DNA of 64,000 nucleotides from assembly GCA_963514005.1 (NCBI GenBank), contig OY740801.1, forward strand, positions 22,878,001-22,942,000, given 5' to 3'. Below, piece by piece: positions 61,674 to 64,000 of the stretch. Both the position numbers and the translations under genes were made by a program. The notes under the pieces are model-generated. The model did not search any database and had not been told where the DNA came from. It saw only the letters and a program-made list of their open reading frames with translations. This DNA is from Raja brachyura. Taxonomy: Eukaryota. Position 1 is the stretch's first letter. Each line of letters starts with the position of its first letter.

Positions 61674-62724
61674 AGTAGGTATGTTACAAAACTTACCTTC
61701 AGCGACGCTGCAGTTCTGCTACTGGCCGTGCACGACTTTGGCGCCTTTGAGGGGGGGGGGGGCGCGAGGTTAAAATGCGTTTTTTTCCTGCCTGTGCAAG
61801 ATATATTTTCTCGGGGTGCTAGCTAATGCTGAAGAATTGTTCCGACTGCCGTTCTGTGAATTATTTTTTTTAAACAGCGGGACAATTTCAGCGCTGGAGT
61901 AAAATAAAAATCCGCTTCTAATGCCGTCAACGCCGATAACGGAATGGATCTCACTTACGGGACAAAGCAAGGTAAGTTGTATATATTTACATATAAACTT
62001 GCTTCTTAGGATGCCTTTAATCAAAATTTCATGTTGTGAAAAGGTGATTTAGGCCCCATACGAAGCAACAGTGTTTTTCCTGCCGATATGGGGTTTAAAT
62101 TCACCGCAAACCACAACGTTCCAATCGATCGCGTTCCACAAAAACCCACTCGCAAGATTATTTAAATGGCCATTAATTTACGGGAATGAAACACTAAATT
62201 CCTTCCATTTGGCCTATAAATTCATGACAATGAGATTTAAAAATCATGTTATATTGTGAATTCTTGTGTGAATGTTATTTGGACACTAAGTCTATTTAAA
62301 AATGTTGATCTTTTCTTAAGAAATGGATAGATGTTTAGAGCGAGTAATTGAATTTTGTAATTAGCTACAATTAGGTAACTAACTAATTATATGCTTTAAT
62401 TTCAGGTCATCCAAGTAAGATTGTTTCATATTTGTTTCAGAATGCTTCAATCTATAATAACTGAAAATGTCTTTCAGTTCTCTTAATTTTTAAGAAAGTT
62501 ATGGGCTTTTGACTGTCCTTGATCACAGCTTTTGTGTTAAGTCAATGGAAAAGCAATAGGGAGCAAGATGCTAATTTCTGAGTATGAAAATGACCATAAC
62601 TTTTTTAATACTGAAGATATGAAAGTGAATTAGGTGTCAAATTAAACTTCGTTTTATGCTTTATCTGATGGGATAAATTGCAGACTTGATTTTTTAAATC
62701 TTAAAATTTTGTAACATTGCTACT
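61674..62724. mobile_element. Unclassified ~1.05-kb non-autonomous DNA element with short TIRs
   Basis: agtaggtatgttacaaaa (61674-91) vs ttttgtaacattgctact (62707-24), 16/18 complementary. AT-rich and non-coding, with a sharp composition change. Confidence 0.6.
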
Positions 62725-63589
62725 ACCTGCTTTGACTGGCCCATTTTGATGCCTAAATGCGTTCACAGACTTCAACAGTAAGTGTGCAGAAGACTGTGTG
62801 CCTCCCATTGGTTTCTGAGCCATCAGCAAACTAGGAAACCTCACTCGCACCTCTCCCTCAGGTTATTGTTGAAAATAGTAAATAACAAGGCCAGTGCCCA
62901 GGGACGGAGCAGCTCCCCCCCTCGGAACACTCCGAAGGGCAGCCTCCCTCCAGCCCCCTCCGAGGCGCCCCTTCCCCCCCCACCCTCCCCCTTCTGAGGG
63001 TCAGTTCCTCCCATCCCTGAGCATCACTGGGTGTTCTGCTAGCTCACTACAGTCACACAAGGTCACACACGGACCCAGTCACACAGCAACGCCTTACCCT
63101 GACACACAGCTTCTTCATTGCGTAGACTCTGGACTTGTTCGTTCCCCGCTCCCTGTCGCCAACACTCTAGGGTGCCTCTCGCTCCCCGGCTCCTCTCTCT
63201 TCCGGTGCTCTCTCCCCGGGGTCTTCCCTCCCCGGGGTCTTCCCTCCCCGGGGTCCTCTCTCCCTGGAGATCCTCCCTCCCCAGTGCACTCTCACCCCCG
63301 GTCCCCTCTCTGGGAAAGGGTCAGGCAGGCAGTGATCGCCCACCACCACTCACTCCCCTTGCGAAACGCTCCTTGAGCCACTCTTCCTCGACAGGGGACG
63401 GTGCGACACCGGATCCTGCTACACTCACGCTCCGTTTGCCTGCCGCAGCTAATTACCCCCAACAACACTGGTAATGAGTGATGCTATCTCCACTGCCTGC
63501 GATCAGGTAACACGCTGACCGCACCGCTCATCACTAATTCACAGCAACAACTGGCTTGCCCACGGCCAGCCAACCAGGACAACAAGACT

Positions 63590-64000
63590 CCCCACACACA
63601 CACGCACCCACAGACATGCACACACACTCACACACACGCACACACACCCACAAGCATGCACACACACTCGCACGCGCGCGCACACACACTCACACACACG
63701 CACACACACCCACAAGCATGCACACACACTCACACACACGCACGCAGACAAAGATCCAGAGATATCCGCAAACACAGAACCTCACGCACAATCACACACA
63801 CCTCACACGCGCATGCATACAGACGCGCACACATACAGACAGACACACACAAACTCACATACACATAGACACACATCCACACACAGTGAGGTACAAACAC
63901 ACACAAACATACGTAGTTCACATCCACACAAACACACACGCACACACACATGCACACACACAGGTGCAGACACATACACACAGATACAGTTACAGAGATG
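63590..64000. repeat. Degenerate (CA)n-rich simple repeat
   Basis: Directly visible. Confidence 0.95.

Overview
Repeat-dense eukaryotic genomic DNA. The mix of CR1, Rex1/Babar, Tx1 and Penelope retroelements plus V-SINEs points to a cartilaginous fish, probably a skate or ray (inference). I recognise no host protein-coding gene. Most long ORFs in the track are artefacts of stop-free tandem repeats. The centrepiece is a near-intact 5.36-kb DIRS1-like tyrosine-recombinase retrotransposon on the minus strand (43824-49187). It has gag, RT-RNaseH-methyltransferase-like pol and YR ORFs, inverted terminal repeats, and an internal complementary region that reproduces the circle junction. It is integrated at an ATT trinucleotide inside the 3' UTR of a Tx1 LINE. 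It also carries splice-site-like signals suggesting an alternative-splicing expression programme: a 57-nt 5'-UTR intron, an acceptor or slippery site before pol, and an in-frame intron that would join the pol start codon to the recombinase. The window also holds a decayed Tc1 transposon, two Harbinger-type MITEs, an unclassified 1-kb TIR element, many Penelope end fragments with minimal hammerhead ribozyme cores, a locally templated inverted insertion, about ten distinct minisatellites, two assembly gaps and weak candidate minus-strand exons. All calls are by eye, and boundaries of decayed repeats are approximate.
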